Source: an uncultured virus (IMG/VR IMGVR_UViG_3300042351_001072)
Lineage: Duplodnaviria > Heunggongvirae > Uroviricota > Caudoviricetes
Virus record (IMG/VR): IMGVR_UViG_3300042351_001072
Direction: 5' to 3' (one strand)
DNA: 64,000 bases
Part shown: positions 10,166 to 20,070 of the stretch, piece by piece
How positions within the stretch are numbered: the first letter of the stretch is position 1
How the letters are laid out: the number at the start of each line of letters is the position of its first letter
Made by a program: the position numbers and the translations under genes
Notes under the pieces: generated by a model
Seen by the model: only the letters and a program-made list of their open reading frames with translations
The model's database searches: none
What the model was told of the DNA's origin: nothing

Positions 10166-10759
10166 TTAGACTTCCCCCCAATTAAGATTTTTTCTACACC
10201 CTGTACTTTGTTTACCATTTTTAGCCAATGCGGTTCCAATAATAATCATTAGTAAAATTGCCCCAATTGCAATTAATGATGACCAACCTACCATAACGGT
10301 ACCAATCATAATACCACCTGTTACAATTTGCTCATCAAGTTCTTCAGGTTCAGATGTATCTCCTGATTTATTTTTTACAATCGCCATTTTAATACCTTTC
10401 TTAACATTCTTAAGAACTTCCCATAATGAGTTCGCTCCTTTTTCTTTCTTCATTCTAATTAACTCAGATTTAACCTTTGAGATAATATTATCGTGTTCTT
10501 CATTCCCTGTAACAATATCACATACCTCATCATTAGAAACAACATCATCAACACTTGGCGCGTTACTTGCAACCTCACCTAATGAAGAGTCATTAACAAC
10601 TTCTTTTTCAAACATTGATTGGATCTTTCCTTTTATTGTAGAACCCTCTCCCGTCTCTTCTGAGGGATTATTTATTTGTTCTGATATAACGACACCTCTT
10701 TCATAAGAAACGAGGTATTTCATCATATTTAATTCTTCACTTAATATTCTTCTTTCCAT
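10166..10759 (-). CDS. Leader-bearing protein with C-terminal hydrophobic helices
   Basis: ILSEELNMMKYLVSYERGVVISEQ leader shared with 15068..15577; TM segment follows LDE. Confidence 0.75.
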   Translation of the reverse strand: MERRILSEELNMMKYLVSYERGVVISEQINNPSEETGEGSTIKGKIQSMFEKEVVNDSSLGEVASNAPSVDDVVSNDEVCDIVTGNEEHDNIISKVKSELIRMKKEKGANSLWEVLKNVKKGIKMAIVKNKSGDTSEPEELDEQIVTGGIMIGTVMVGWSSLIAIGAILLMIIIGTALAKNGKQSTGCRKNLNWGEV

Positions 10760-11025
10760 GATTTCATATTTTTTGAGTAAGCCTTTTCTGCGTAATCAAT
10801 AAAGTTCTCACCATATATTTTTGCCATTCTATCCATCATTAACTGAGGATTTTTTCTCATATATCGTAAAATGTCATTTGGAATCTGATCCTCGTATTTA
10901 CCAAACATATTTTGTATTTGTTTTTCCCTTGGGATCATCTTTACATTTGGTTCAACTGAAAACGAATCATCTCTTGGTTCATCCATTTCCAATAATACTT
11001 TTCTAACTACTTTTGATATTTTCAT
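10741..11025 (-). CDS. Leader-bearing hypothetical protein
   Basis: MKISKVVRKVLLE leader. Confidence 0.75.
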   Translation of the reverse strand: MKISKVVRKVLLEMDEPRDDSFSVEPNVKMIPREKQIQNMFGKYEDQIPNDILRYMRKNPQLMMDRMAKIYGENFIDYAEKAYSKNMKSWKEEY

Positions 11026-11036
11026 ATTAATTATTT

Positions 11037-12761
11037 TTACACTTTAGCAATAGATTTATTAGCTGCATTTGCCACATTATTCATAACATTACCAACATTA
11101 CCAACAACGGATTGATCACTCGCAACTTGATTACCATAATCTATCGTCTTACCGGTATTTTTAGCTAATTTTTCAGTATTTGTTACTATGTCTTTATAAT
11201 TTGTTGCCGCTCTGTCAGCTGATACAGATTTATAGAAATTTTTTGTGTTCTTTGTAACTTTTTGCCCTGAGTTTTTAACGTCATTAGCAGATTTTGCAAA
11301 TCTTAATAAATCCCCATATAGTTTACCATATTTTTTATCAATATATGCAAACGCTTGTTCTTCAGTATAATCTTTTAGATTAGAATTAATTTCTTTTTTA
11401 ACTATATCAACAGTTTTAACACTTAATTTATTTGTTAATTGTTTACCTGATGTAGTCGCAAGATAAGCTTCCAATTTAGGGGATAACGTTGCTGCTTTAT
11501 TTACCACTTTATTTACATTTTTAGCAAGTACTTTTTTACCTAGTGTAGAATATTGTTTGGCAACGACAGATTTTTTAGTTTCTTGTTTAGCAACATCACC
11601 AAAGAATCTTTTTATACTTGTTGCCATTTCCCCAATGTATTTACCAATCGCATTTGCTCCTTTCTGAAACCATGTAACAATACCCTCACCAAACACTTTA
11701 CCAAAAACAGATTTAATCCATGTCATTGCCTTAGCGATTAATCCAGGTACTTTGGATAATCCCGTTGAGATTGTGGTTGCGAATGATTTAAACATTTGCC
11801 CAAATTTTGATTTTGCTAACCATTGTATCGCCCCTGTGAGTGAACTTGCCGCTTTACCCGCAGATTTTGCTAATGGCATTGCCGCACCAATTGCTTTTGA
11901 TGCAATTCCCGTGGTCGCAACACCAATAAGACTAAATATTACATTAAACCAATCAGGGGTTCCTGCGATTACATTAGCAATATCATAGTTGGCTAATATT
12001 GCCCAAGCAATAACAGGTATCAGAGCTCCGAATCCTTCTGTGGAAACCTCAATTAATATTTGTAAAGCAGCTCCGTAATTACTTACTAAAAAACCTCTGA
12101 ATTTTTCCATGAACGCACCAACACCCAAACTCTTTAGTTTATTCCACGCTCCCTGTAATGCATCATAACCTTGTTTTGCAACGTCAACAACTTTACCTCC
12201 AGCCCACTTTGCGGTATCCCAAATTGCAGTACCCGCATCTTTCGCACCTTGCCAAACTGTATTACCAACATCTTTTGCTCCTTGTACAACCGTATTAACC
12301 GCATTAGCACCATAATTCCATGCGGAATCAAAAAAACTTTCTTCTTCATTTAAAAGGATAAATTTACCATATTGAGACTCGTTAATAAATCCTATCTGAT
12401 ATAATAATGATGTTTTAACAAAATTAAAATATCCATTTAATTCCTGTCGGAAATTAAATGTTGATTCCACAATAATTCCCTTATTTGAAAACTCGTCAAA
12501 TCTTTCAAGGATCATTTTGTTATTAGAAAATAGGTTCTCAACTAAATTAGTTTTAACATTTTCTAATATATTAAATCTTTCTGAGAAATCCTCAGTGTGT
12601 TTTAAAAAAGCCAAATTGGATTTATAATGAAATTTTAACATAGAATCAACTTCTTCCATTAAATTATTAATGGTTTTTGGTTGACCTGTTTTTTTTTCTT
12701 TTAAAACGCCTCTAACAACTTTTTCTATATCAGATTCAGTTAATCGTACTATCTTAGACAT
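11037..12761 (-). CDS. Large leader-bearing protein with amphipathic repeats and hydrophobic helical bundle; paralog of 62186..63952
   Basis: MSKIVRLTESDIEKVVRGVLKE; IIVESTFN..FNFVKTS shared with paralog; 11-aa repeats (NTVVQGAKDVG, NTVWQGAKDAG); Gly/Ala-rich hydrophobic region. Confidence 0.8.
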   Translation of the reverse strand: MSKIVRLTESDIEKVVRGVLKEKKTGQPKTINNLMEEVDSMLKFHYKSNLAFLKHTEDFSERFNILENVKTNLVENLFSNNKMILERFDEFSNKGIIVESTFNFRQELNGYFNFVKTSLLYQIGFINESQYGKFILLNEEESFFDSAWNYGANAVNTVVQGAKDVGNTVWQGAKDAGTAIWDTAKWAGGKVVDVAKQGYDALQGAWNKLKSLGVGAFMEKFRGFLVSNYGAALQILIEVSTEGFGALIPVIAWAILANYDIANVIAGTPDWFNVIFSLIGVATTGIASKAIGAAMPLAKSAGKAASSLTGAIQWLAKSKFGQMFKSFATTISTGLSKVPGLIAKAMTWIKSVFGKVFGEGIVTWFQKGANAIGKYIGEMATSIKRFFGDVAKQETKKSVVAKQYSTLGKKVLAKNVNKVVNKAATLSPKLEAYLATTSGKQLTNKLSVKTVDIVKKEINSNLKDYTEEQAFAYIDKKYGKLYGDLLRFAKSANDVKNSGQKVTKNTKNFYKSVSADRAATNYKDIVTNTEKLAKNTGKTIDYGNQVASDQSVVGNVGNVMNNVANAANKSIAKV

Positions 12762-12804
12762 CTATATTGTTTAATATATAAATATAACTGAGTTTGGAAA
12801 ATAA

Positions 12805-12984
12805 TTACAATCTACCCGCAGATTCCATAATGAATCTCATTTTCTTTTCCAATTCATGGATACGTTGTCTTTGACTATCGTTAAGTTCAAAACTTTCACC
12901 TTTAATTGAGGATACTTGATTACTTAGTTGGTCATACTGGTACATAAATCTGTCGTACTGTTGAGCTTTTTGATTTTCGTTCAT
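12805..12984 (-). CDS. Small coiled-coil protein (59 aa, not in ORF track)
   Basis: MNENQKAQQYDRFMYQYDQLSNQVSSIKGESFELNDSQRQRIHELEKKMRFIMESAGRL; fills the gap co-directionally. Confidence 0.7.
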   Translation of the reverse strand: MNENQKAQQYDRFMYQYDQLSNQVSSIKGESFELNDSQRQRIHELEKKMRFIMESAGRL

Positions 12985-12995
12985 AATTATTTTTA

Positions 12996-13565
12996 TTAAT
13001 TTAATTTGTTATATATACTTATTGTTTGATTCCAAATCGCACATTTCTTATTGTAATAATTATAAACAGAATCCCAAAAAAGAAAATCCTTTTGGTTTAC
13101 CCCTTTAATATTAGTTTTTGGCCAAACACAGTTTTCTAAACATTTATGGTGAGATATAACATTACCTGTATCAATATGACAAAATATTGGTTTACTAGCG
13201 ATAATTCGTAGCTTACCATCTTTATCAATCTGTTCCCCAACTAACATACCTCTAAAATTATGTTCTACACATTCCAAATATTTCATATACATATTTTCAT
13301 GAAACAATGTGTCATCATCCAAGAAACAAAAATATCCGTCTTTAATCTTACTTAATATCACATTTCTTTTTGAGGTTGTGTCACTATCCTCACAATCCAC
13401 AGGGTAAATTTTAATTTGACTATTATTTTTTAAAAATGGTAAATCAGGTAATTGTCTTTTACTTGAATAAGATATATGCCATATTATATCATCATTACGA
13501 AAAATTGAACTATAAACTTTTTCAATTAAATCAAATCTATATAATGGGGTAATGATATGTAACAT
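12996..13565 (-). CDS. Glycosyltransferase, GT-A fold (GT2-like)
   Basis: IITPLYR start, YFCFLDDDT (DxD), HIDTG. Confidence 0.8.
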   Translation of the reverse strand: MLHIITPLYRFDLIEKVYSSIFRNDDIIWHISYSSKRQLPDLPFLKNNSQIKIYPVDCEDSDTTSKRNVILSKIKDGYFCFLDDDTLFHENMYMKYLECVEHNFRGMLVGEQIDKDGKLRIIASKPIFCHIDTGNVISHHKCLENCVWPKTNIKGVNQKDFLFWDSVYNYYNKKCAIWNQTISIYNKLN

Positions 13566-13569
13566 ACAA

Positions 13570-14202
13570 TTAATCTTTATTTTCCCTAACTATTTTACAT
13601 GGATTACCATACGCCACAACATTATCGGGTATACTTTTAGTGACAACAGATCCCGCTCCAATTATTACATTATCACCTATTGTAACATTATCAATTATTG
13701 TTGATCCAACACCTATTTGACAATCTTTACCGATACTAACGTTACCTGAAATATTAACACCTGGATTTATGGATGTGTTCTCCCCAATAAAAGTATGGTG
13801 ACCAATAGATACGGATCTATTAATATAAACATTATCCGATATAATTGTTTTACCGGCAATAGAACACATTGGATTTATTACACAACCGTTACCAACATTA
13901 ACCGTTTTAGATACAAAAGATTTTTTACTTATGATCGTAGCGAGTTTACTTTTATCCACATTGAATGTGTTAATTAGTTTTTTTCTTGTTGATGTTTTTG
14001 CGGACCCATAAAGAAAATAATCACATTCTCCAACTTCAGAAATAATTTCGTAATTCACATTTTCGTTATGAATTCTTTCTTTATCAAATAGATTAAAATT
14101 ATCCAATATTTTGAATTTCACTTTTTTATTCTTAAACATATCAAATATCATGGTAATATATGCATCACTATACCCTAATATTACTATTTCTTTTGTTAAC
14201 AT
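13570..14202 (-). CDS. Hexapeptide-repeat sugar acyltransferase (NeuD/PglD-like)
   Basis: Left-handed beta-helix repeats, IGAGSVVTKSIP..AYGNPCK. Confidence 0.88.
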   Translation of the reverse strand: MLTKEIVILGYSDAYITMIFDMFKNKKVKFKILDNFNLFDKERIHNENVNYEIISEVGECDYFLYGSAKTSTRKKLINTFNVDKSKLATIISKKSFVSKTVNVGNGCVINPMCSIAGKTIISDNVYINRSVSIGHHTFIGENTSINPGVNISGNVSIGKDCQIGVGSTIIDNVTIGDNVIIGAGSVVTKSIPDNVVAYGNPCKIVRENKD

Positions 14203-15001
14203 ATCCTAATTCTTTAAATTCATGTGGTGTTAAAACACTTAATTCCATTTCATTCATAATTCTATGAACTCTACCTAACAACTCTAAGTTTGTTGTTAAT
14301 TCTTTATTCCTGATATATAAATTATCCTCCAAACCAACTCTAACTCCATCACCATAAATTAATCCTAAAACATTAGAATTTAATTGATCTTTACCAATAC
14401 CACCAAAACAAACTTTAGTGTTTAATGGTAAACTATTGGTTATTGATGCCAAAGTTGCCGAATCAATTTGAGCGTTATAAATGTTACCAAAAATCACATT
14501 CATATAATGGGGTCCTTTTAGTGCTCCTTTTTTAATTAAATAATTAGTGTAATTAATCATGCCAGAATCAAAACATTCAATCTCAGGTATTACCCCATAT
14601 TGATCCATCTTTTCTATCAACTTTAATATCATATCAGGTTCATTAACAGAAGCTGACTTAGGGAAATTAATTGATGACATAGTTAAGGATCCCATATCAG
14701 GATATAACTCTAAAACTTCAGATCTTTTTTCAAATTCAGGATGTAATCTACCTGTTAACGATACACATATTGTTAAATCTGTACAATGTTTTCTTATACC
14801 TTCAATTATTGGTTGATACACATCTTTTTTATATGTGTTTGATAAATCTTTAGGATCTCTAGCGTGTACATGAACCATAGTAATTCCTAACTCATATGCC
14901 TCATGAACTTCATCAATAATTTCATTAGGTAATAATGGGGCGTTTGAATTTTCTCTATTTGTTTGAGTACCTGTTGGGGTAAAATTTATAATTTTTTTCA
15001 T
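14168..15001 (-). CDS. kce: Beta-keto acid cleavage enzyme family (3-keto-5-aminohexanoate cleavage-like, DUF849)
   Basis: TPTG, MVHVHAR metal motif, PDMGSL, PEIECFD, VRVGLEDN. Confidence 0.88.
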   Translation of the reverse strand: MKKIINFTPTGTQTNRENSNAPLLPNEIIDEVHEAYELGITMVHVHARDPKDLSNTYKKDVYQPIIEGIRKHCTDLTICVSLTGRLHPEFEKRSEVLELYPDMGSLTMSSINFPKSASVNEPDMILKLIEKMDQYGVIPEIECFDSGMINYTNYLIKKGALKGPHYMNVIFGNIYNAQIDSATLASITNSLPLNTKVCFGGIGKDQLNSNVLGLIYGDGVRVGLEDNLYIRNKELTTNLELLGRVHRIMNEMELSVLTPHEFKELGYVNKRNSNIRV

Positions 15002-15067
15002 TTCCCTATAATAATAAATAATAGAAAATATAAGGAAATAAAAAATCCCTCTTGTGGAGGGATTATA

Positions 15068-15577
15068 TTATTTTTGAATGTCTTTGATGGTGTCCCAAAT
15101 TGCGTTAATCGTATTTGGTCCGATTTTCCCATCTACCCCTGTTGAACCTAACATTGACTCTCTACCTAATTCAACAAGTTTATTTTGAATATTAGTAGCG
15201 GTACTTGCTGTGTTTACTTGTGGTTGCTGAGCAACTTGTGGTTGCTGAGCAACTTGTGGTTGCTGAGCAACTTGTGGTTCCAGTACAACTTGATCTAATT
15301 GTGGTTCCTGTACTACCTGTGGTGTCTGTGGTGTCTGTGAAAATTTAGGTATATCTAAACCTACACTAAAAAGATCAATACCCCCCGAAGATTTAAATTC
15401 ATCTAGGGTTATTTCCTTTGAACCAAAAGGTCTAAATTTTTTAATTATACCATCTACTACCCCAACTCTACCATTACTTTCTCTATAGTAAGTTTTTTGT
15501 TCAGAAATAACTCTACCTCTTTTATATCCAAAAAGATACTTTATTGAGTCTAATTCTTCGTTTAATTGTGTCTTCAT
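15068..15577 (-). CDS. Leader-bearing protein with Gln/Pro linker and peptidoglycan-binding motif
   Basis: LNEELDSIKYLFGYKRGRVISEQ leader; VDGKIGPNT. Confidence 0.75.
   Translation of the reverse strand: MKTQLNEELDSIKYLFGYKRGRVISEQKTYYRESNGRVGVVDGIIKKFRPFGSKEITLDEFKSSGGIDLFSVGLDIPKFSQTPQTPQVVQEPQLDQVVLEPQVAQQPQVAQQPQVAQQPQVNTASTATNIQNKLVELGRESMLGSTGVDGKIGPNTINAIWDTIKDIQK
15216..15279. repeat. 18-nt coding tandem repeat x3.5 (AQQPQV)
   Basis: acttgtggttgctgagca repeated. Confidence 0.9.
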
Positions 15578-15605
15578 TATTTTTTAGTTTTTTATTATAA
15601 ATATC

Positions 15606-16514
15606 TTAATGTATCCAATTACCATCCTCATCTATGCAAAAATGTTTACTATCCTCATAGAATTCATGGATTCTATCTACAAAGTGTTCAGAAATAAAAT
15701 TATATATATCTTGATAAGATTCATTATCATTGTCGTCCCATTCTAAATTAAATAAGGATTCATATAAATTATCAGCGGTGTAATCCATCACACGATCCAC
15801 AAAATCAATTACATCAGGATAGATACAAACATCATAACGTGAAAGAGCTCTATCAATAAACTCACTAATTTGTTGGTATCGTCTTTGAAACATTATTTTA
15901 TCGTAGGCTTCATTGATGTTTTCACCATCTCTTTTAGTATTTCTATCCCAAAACTCTTTTAATTCCGTATAGAAATTATTTTTAATGAATCGTATTAATT
16001 GATTTCTATACATAACATAATCATCTTCAGGTATGTTCATTTTACTAACAACCTGACTTGCGACATCCCAAGATATTTGAATTAAAAAACTATCAAAGGT
16101 ATCCATAACATTTAATTTATGAGTTAAAATAAAATCCGAAATGCCATCTTCAATTTCTTCATACCTTCGTTTGAATTTTAATTCGTGTGATGATTCATTA
16201 ATTTTTTTATCCATACGAGAATAAAAATATTCTCTAATCATATCCATATATTCTGTTTCTATAAACCGTTGTATTTGTTTTTTTAATGCCTCTTTTTTAT
16301 CGGAATCAAAAATTGATTCCTTATTAAGAATTTGATTTGGAATCTTAGTGGTTATAACTTGAATAAATGTATCATATTCACTCATTTTTAAAGGAGTTGG
16401 ATCACCAAATTGTAAATACTCATAAACATTATCCATTACAGGTCCAATTAAATTCTCTACTTGAGAAGCCCTACGCATTAAACTGTACTGATTTTCTGTT
16501 ATTATTATTTTCAT
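15606..16514 (-). CDS. Three-domain polyprotein of the RR acidic family
   Basis: MKIIITENQ leader; units start at MRRA, KRRY, QRRY and are separated by KINE and NINE. Confidence 0.8.
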   Translation of the reverse strand: MKIIITENQYSLMRRASQVENLIGPVMDNVYEYLQFGDPTPLKMSEYDTFIQVITTKIPNQILNKESIFDSDKKEALKKQIQRFIETEYMDMIREYFYSRMDKKINESSHELKFKRRYEEIEDGISDFILTHKLNVMDTFDSFLIQISWDVASQVVSKMNIPEDDYVMYRNQLIRFIKNNFYTELKEFWDRNTKRDGENINEAYDKIMFQRRYQQISEFIDRALSRYDVCIYPDVIDFVDRVMDYTADNLYESLFNLEWDDNDNESYQDIYNFISEHFVDRIHEFYEDSKHFCIDEDGNWIH

Positions 16515-16515
16515 A

Positions 16516-16926
16516 TTAACAATGTTTTTTTGCCCAAGATGTATAAGTATTTTTTATCTGTTCACCAATCATATTTTTTAACTCATCATTTAAATCTGAC
16601 CACTCCCAACTTTTTAAGTTGTGATTAAACATCAATGAGTCAGTCACTTCTTCAAGTATATAATCCATATATTCATCCAGTTCATCATAGTCTTCACAAT
16701 CAAGATTACTTTCAATAAAATGGTGCATCTCATTCATAATAACATCATATCTCCTGATAAGCGCATTCTTCAAACTTGAATAGTATTCTTTGTGGTTATC
16801 CGATTCCTGTAAGTTATAATCCTCATCATCAAAACCTTCATTACAATTTTTATTATCAACAAGTTCTCTGATTTTTTCATACCTACGTATAAACTCTATT
16901 TGGCTTTCAGTTAATATTATATTCAT
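16516..16926 (-). CDS. RR..C..C family protein (truncated first unit + full second unit)
   Basis: Start reassigned to MNIILTESQ at 16926. Confidence 0.8.
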   Translation of the reverse strand: MNIILTESQIEFIRRYEKIRELVDNKNCNEGFDDEDYNLQESDNHKEYYSSLKNALIRRYDVIMNEMHHFIESNLDCEDYDELDEYMDYILEEVTDSLMFNHNLKSWEWSDLNDELKNMIGEQIKNTYTSWAKKHC

Positions 16927-16927
16927 C

Positions 16928-17251
16928 TTAACATTCTCCACTATATTCATCCCACAATGAAACCAATTCATCGTAGTACTCATCGTTCATTAATTGTTCA
17001 ATCTCTTCTCTTCCGTTATCTTCATACTCATCCTCATCGTCAAAAGTATCATCCTCTCTCTCATAGTTTTCATCACCATAAAAGAAACTTATCCCTTCGT
17101 TAATACAAAAATCAGCATACTCCTCACCATCATCAAAATTGCAAGGATCTTGGATTTCCATTTGGTATTCAATGGTATCTCTAACTTCTTGAATCCTTCT
17201 TAATCTTTTAAGAAGTGATTGACTCTGCATCTCTGTTATTATTATTTTCAT
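16928..17251 (-). CDS. RR..C..C acidic family protein
   Basis: MKIIITEMQ; LRR, DPC, terminal C. Confidence 0.82.
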   Translation of the reverse strand: MKIIITEMQSQSLLKRLRRIQEVRDTIEYQMEIQDPCNFDDGEEYADFCINEGISFFYGDENYEREDDTFDDEDEYEDNGREEIEQLMNDEYYDELVSLWDEYSGEC

Positions 17252-17252
17252 A

Positions 17253-17504
17253 TTAACTAATTAAATCTTCAAAATTATCTTCAATGAATTGTTGTAACTG
17301 ATCAAAATTTTCTCTATTGTTCTTAATGTTATTATCTGGATCATCCAAATATGTCCATGGGGAGTGGTCTATTGTAATCTCTCTTGCCTTATTTGGTGAT
17401 TCACCTTGATCCAATAAATAATTATAATCAGACCTAACCCAATCTTTTATTTCTTGGTATCTTCTTATTAATTGTAATTGAGATTCTGTTATAATGATCT
17501 TCAT
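17253..17504 (-). CDS. RR family protein (no Cys pair)
   Basis: Start at MKIIITESQ; TATTTAT 5 nt upstream. Confidence 0.8.
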   Translation of the reverse strand: MKIIITESQLQLIRRYQEIKDWVRSDYNYLLDQGESPNKAREITIDHSPWTYLDDPDNNIKNNRENFDQLQQFIEDNFEDLIS

Positions 17505-17576
17505 ATTAGATAAATATATCATAAGGGTAAAAATAACCCCCGTCTTTTGAACGAGGGTGATTATTACTCCTGTATT

Positions 17577-17888
17577 TTACTTGTTTTCTTCATAATACCT
17601 TTTAGTCTCATCAAAAAATATTAAATCAAACTCTTTTGCTAATTTTTTACCAACTCCAACCTCATTTTCATCACCAAGATCATAAAAATTTGGCATATCG
17701 TACATAATAAATTCTATAACCGAATCTTTTACGGTGTCGTAATAACGTTCAAATCCTTCGTTTTTTCCAAATTTATTGTTATACCACGTTGGAACCTGAT
17801 CTTCAAGTTCTCGTTCAAAGATTGGAAGTATATGTAGATACCTCCTTTTTATGTAATTATATTGTGATTCTGTTAGAATTATTACCAT
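17577..17888 (-). CDS. RR family protein (no Cys pair)
   Basis: MVIILTESQYNYIKRRY. Confidence 0.8.
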   Translation of the reverse strand: MVIILTESQYNYIKRRYLHILPIFERELEDQVPTWYNNKFGKNEGFERYYDTVKDSVIEFIMYDMPNFYDLGDENEVGVGKKLAKEFDLIFFDETKRYYEENK

Positions 17889-18181
17889 CTTGGACACTTT
17901 TCACTTATAAAATCATAATAAAACTTCTTTATTATGTCAGTTAGGTCATACATTAACTCATTTCTGAAGTTCGCCCAATCTCTTGAGTCAATATCCAAAC
18001 CATCTTTATCTATCACCTCATCAATTGCGTAGTTTATTAGATCTCTTTTGTATCTGTCAAAATCATGATACGCACTATAATAACAAGGATCAGAACGATC
18101 CATACGGTTATAAACCTCATTTTTAATTGAGGAATAACGTCTTAGTAGTGCGTTTTGGTTTTCTGATATTATTATTTTCAT
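17882..18181 (-). CDS. RR..C..C family protein
   Basis: MKIIISENQ; LRRY, DPCYY, EKC. Confidence 0.82.
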   Translation of the reverse strand: MKIIISENQNALLRRYSSIKNEVYNRMDRSDPCYYSAYHDFDRYKRDLINYAIDEVIDKDGLDIDSRDWANFRNELMYDLTDIIKKFYYDFISEKCPRW

Positions 18182-18253
18182 ATTATATAAATACCATATA
18201 AAACAAAAAACCCCACTCATAAGAATGGGGTTTTAATAATTTATAAATATATA

Positions 18254-18937
18254 TTAATATCGTCCAGCAGCTCTAGCTTTTGAATACATTGTTTTTAAAT
18301 CCAATTTTAAATTTTCGAAATCATTGTCATCCAAGATAGAATATTGTCCTTTTCCTTCAAACCCAAAAGAAGTACGAACAAGTATTTGAGGACAACTTTT
18401 AATACATTCATTCATTTGTGATATATTTACTTTAAATCTTGAGTCGTCCGGATTTAAAAACTCCCATGCAACTTTAGTTCCTGGGTCATACGGACTGTTT
18501 GTTGGTGCAGGTGCTGGTGGATAATAAGTCGTAGCCCCATAATTAACTTGTTTAAAACCATATTTAATAGTACTATTAATCATAACTATAAATTGATATA
18601 ATTCACTTAATCTATCAAGAGAATTAGCCTTGAATGTTTTCCCTACACATCCCTTCAATGACGTACAACCTTGAACCTCACCTTGACCCATATTTTCATC
18701 TTCTTTAATATTACGTTTTGATTTATGTTTTACATCCCTATCTTCCATGTCTCTAACAATAGATAATATATCCTCAAGTTTAGATAATGATTTTTTCTTA
18801 TCTTCATCGTTAATTGAATTTCTCAATGAATGTAATAATGTATATAAATCTTTTTCTTTTGAAGAAGATTCTTCATTAATAACCCTCTTAATAATATTGG
18901 TTAAATCTCTTTCTGTAAGTTTTACAATTTTTTTCAT
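18254..18937 (-). CDS. Leader-bearing protein (LTExDL class), two segments joined at IKE
   Basis: MKKIVKLTERDLTNIIKRVINE. Confidence 0.8.
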   Translation of the reverse strand: MKKIVKLTERDLTNIIKRVINEESSSKEKDLYTLLHSLRNSINDEDKKKSLSKLEDILSIVRDMEDRDVKHKSKRNIKEDENMGQGEVQGCTSLKGCVGKTFKANSLDRLSELYQFIVMINSTIKYGFKQVNYGATTYYPPAPAPTNSPYDPGTKVAWEFLNPDDSRFKVNISQMNECIKSCPQILVRTSFGFEGKGQYSILDDNDFENLKLDLKTMYSKARAAGRY

Positions 18938-18992
18938 AAATTTCTTGTTTTATTATAAATATTAGGTAATTAAAAAAAGATTTTTTTATTTA

Positions 18993-19319
18993 CTAATTAG
19001 ATCTACCACATTTACGGATAAACATATTTCTAATATGGTTACCATAATTGTCCTCAACAATTTTATATAACATACTGGTGTCCACATCTGAACCTCCTTG
19101 TTCGGAATTATCGTGAAAAAAATTCCAATTTTGACTGACGAACTCCTCAATGGATCTGTCCCTAAGATTTTCTAAAAATGTATTTGGGTTATTATTATCA
19201 CACCACCATGAACCATCTTCATTTAGTTCATACCCTTCAATCTGATCTTCAACAATCTCAATAAATTGTTGTAATCTTCTAAGGACATAGTTTTGGTTTT
19301 CAGTTATTATAATTTTCAT
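18993..19319 (-). CDS. RR..C..C family protein
   Basis: MKIIITENQ; LRRL, WWC, RKC. Confidence 0.82.
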   Translation of the reverse strand: MKIIITENQNYVLRRLQQFIEIVEDQIEGYELNEDGSWWCDNNNPNTFLENLRDRSIEEFVSQNWNFFHDNSEQGGSDVDTSMLYKIVEDNYGNHIRNMFIRKCGRSN

Positions 19320-19681
19320 AATTCAAATATATTAAATAAATCCGATTCATCATCATCGTCTTCATCACATTCACGATCCCTCCATTCCCGTTGGATTCTG
19401 TTTCGATGTTTACTAACAATTACGTCAGCAACAAAAGCCTCAAGTGGGTTGGTATCAGAAGGATCTCCACCGTAAAGTTCAATATATGAATTAATAAATG
19501 TTGCCACAGACTCATTAACCACGTTAGTTTCATAACTATTATATGTGTTATAATAACAAGCGTTGGTATAATCAAATCCTTCAATAACAATATCCTTTAA
19601 GTGATCCATTAATTCACGGTCATTCAATCTCCTACGTAACCATAGGATTTTATTTTGGGATTCGGTTATAATTATTTTCAT
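19316..19681 (-). CDS. RR..C..C family protein
   Basis: MKIIITESQ; LRRRL, NACYY, REC. Confidence 0.82.
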   Translation of the reverse strand: MKIIITESQNKILWLRRRLNDRELMDHLKDIVIEGFDYTNACYYNTYNSYETNVVNESVATFINSYIELYGGDPSDTNPLEAFVADVIVSKHRNRIQREWRDRECDEDDDDESDLFNIFEL

Positions 19682-20070
19682 GATATAGTGTCAATATAAA
19701 TCCCGTATTCAATAGTTATTAATTCTTGTGCATAATTAACTGAACTAACGAGTACACCCCTAAGTGATTGATCAAGTTTAACTACATTTAATTTTTGATC
19801 AAAACTTAATCTGCTAATTGAATTATGAATACTATTTTTATATCTTTCTATTTCATTTAATATATTTATGGATTCAAAATCACAATTGTAACATTCTATA
19901 TCAATAACTTTAACGTATAACGCAATTTCATGAATATTTCCAATATTATCAGGAACAATATCTATTTCCCATTTGATATCATCTCTAATGTTTCTCAATA
20001 TTGATCTTGATATTATAATTTCTTTTATAAGATCAATTTTTTCCATTATTTCTTTTGAATATCTACTCAT
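19678..20070 (-). CDS. Hypothetical protein
   Basis: Overlaps both neighbouring genes by a few bases. Confidence 0.7.
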   Translation of the reverse strand: MSRYSKEIMEKIDLIKEIIISRSILRNIRDDIKWEIDIVPDNIGNIHEIALYVKVIDIECYNCDFESINILNEIERYKNSIHNSISRLSFDQKLNVVKLDQSLRGVLVSSVNYAQELITIEYGIYIDTIS

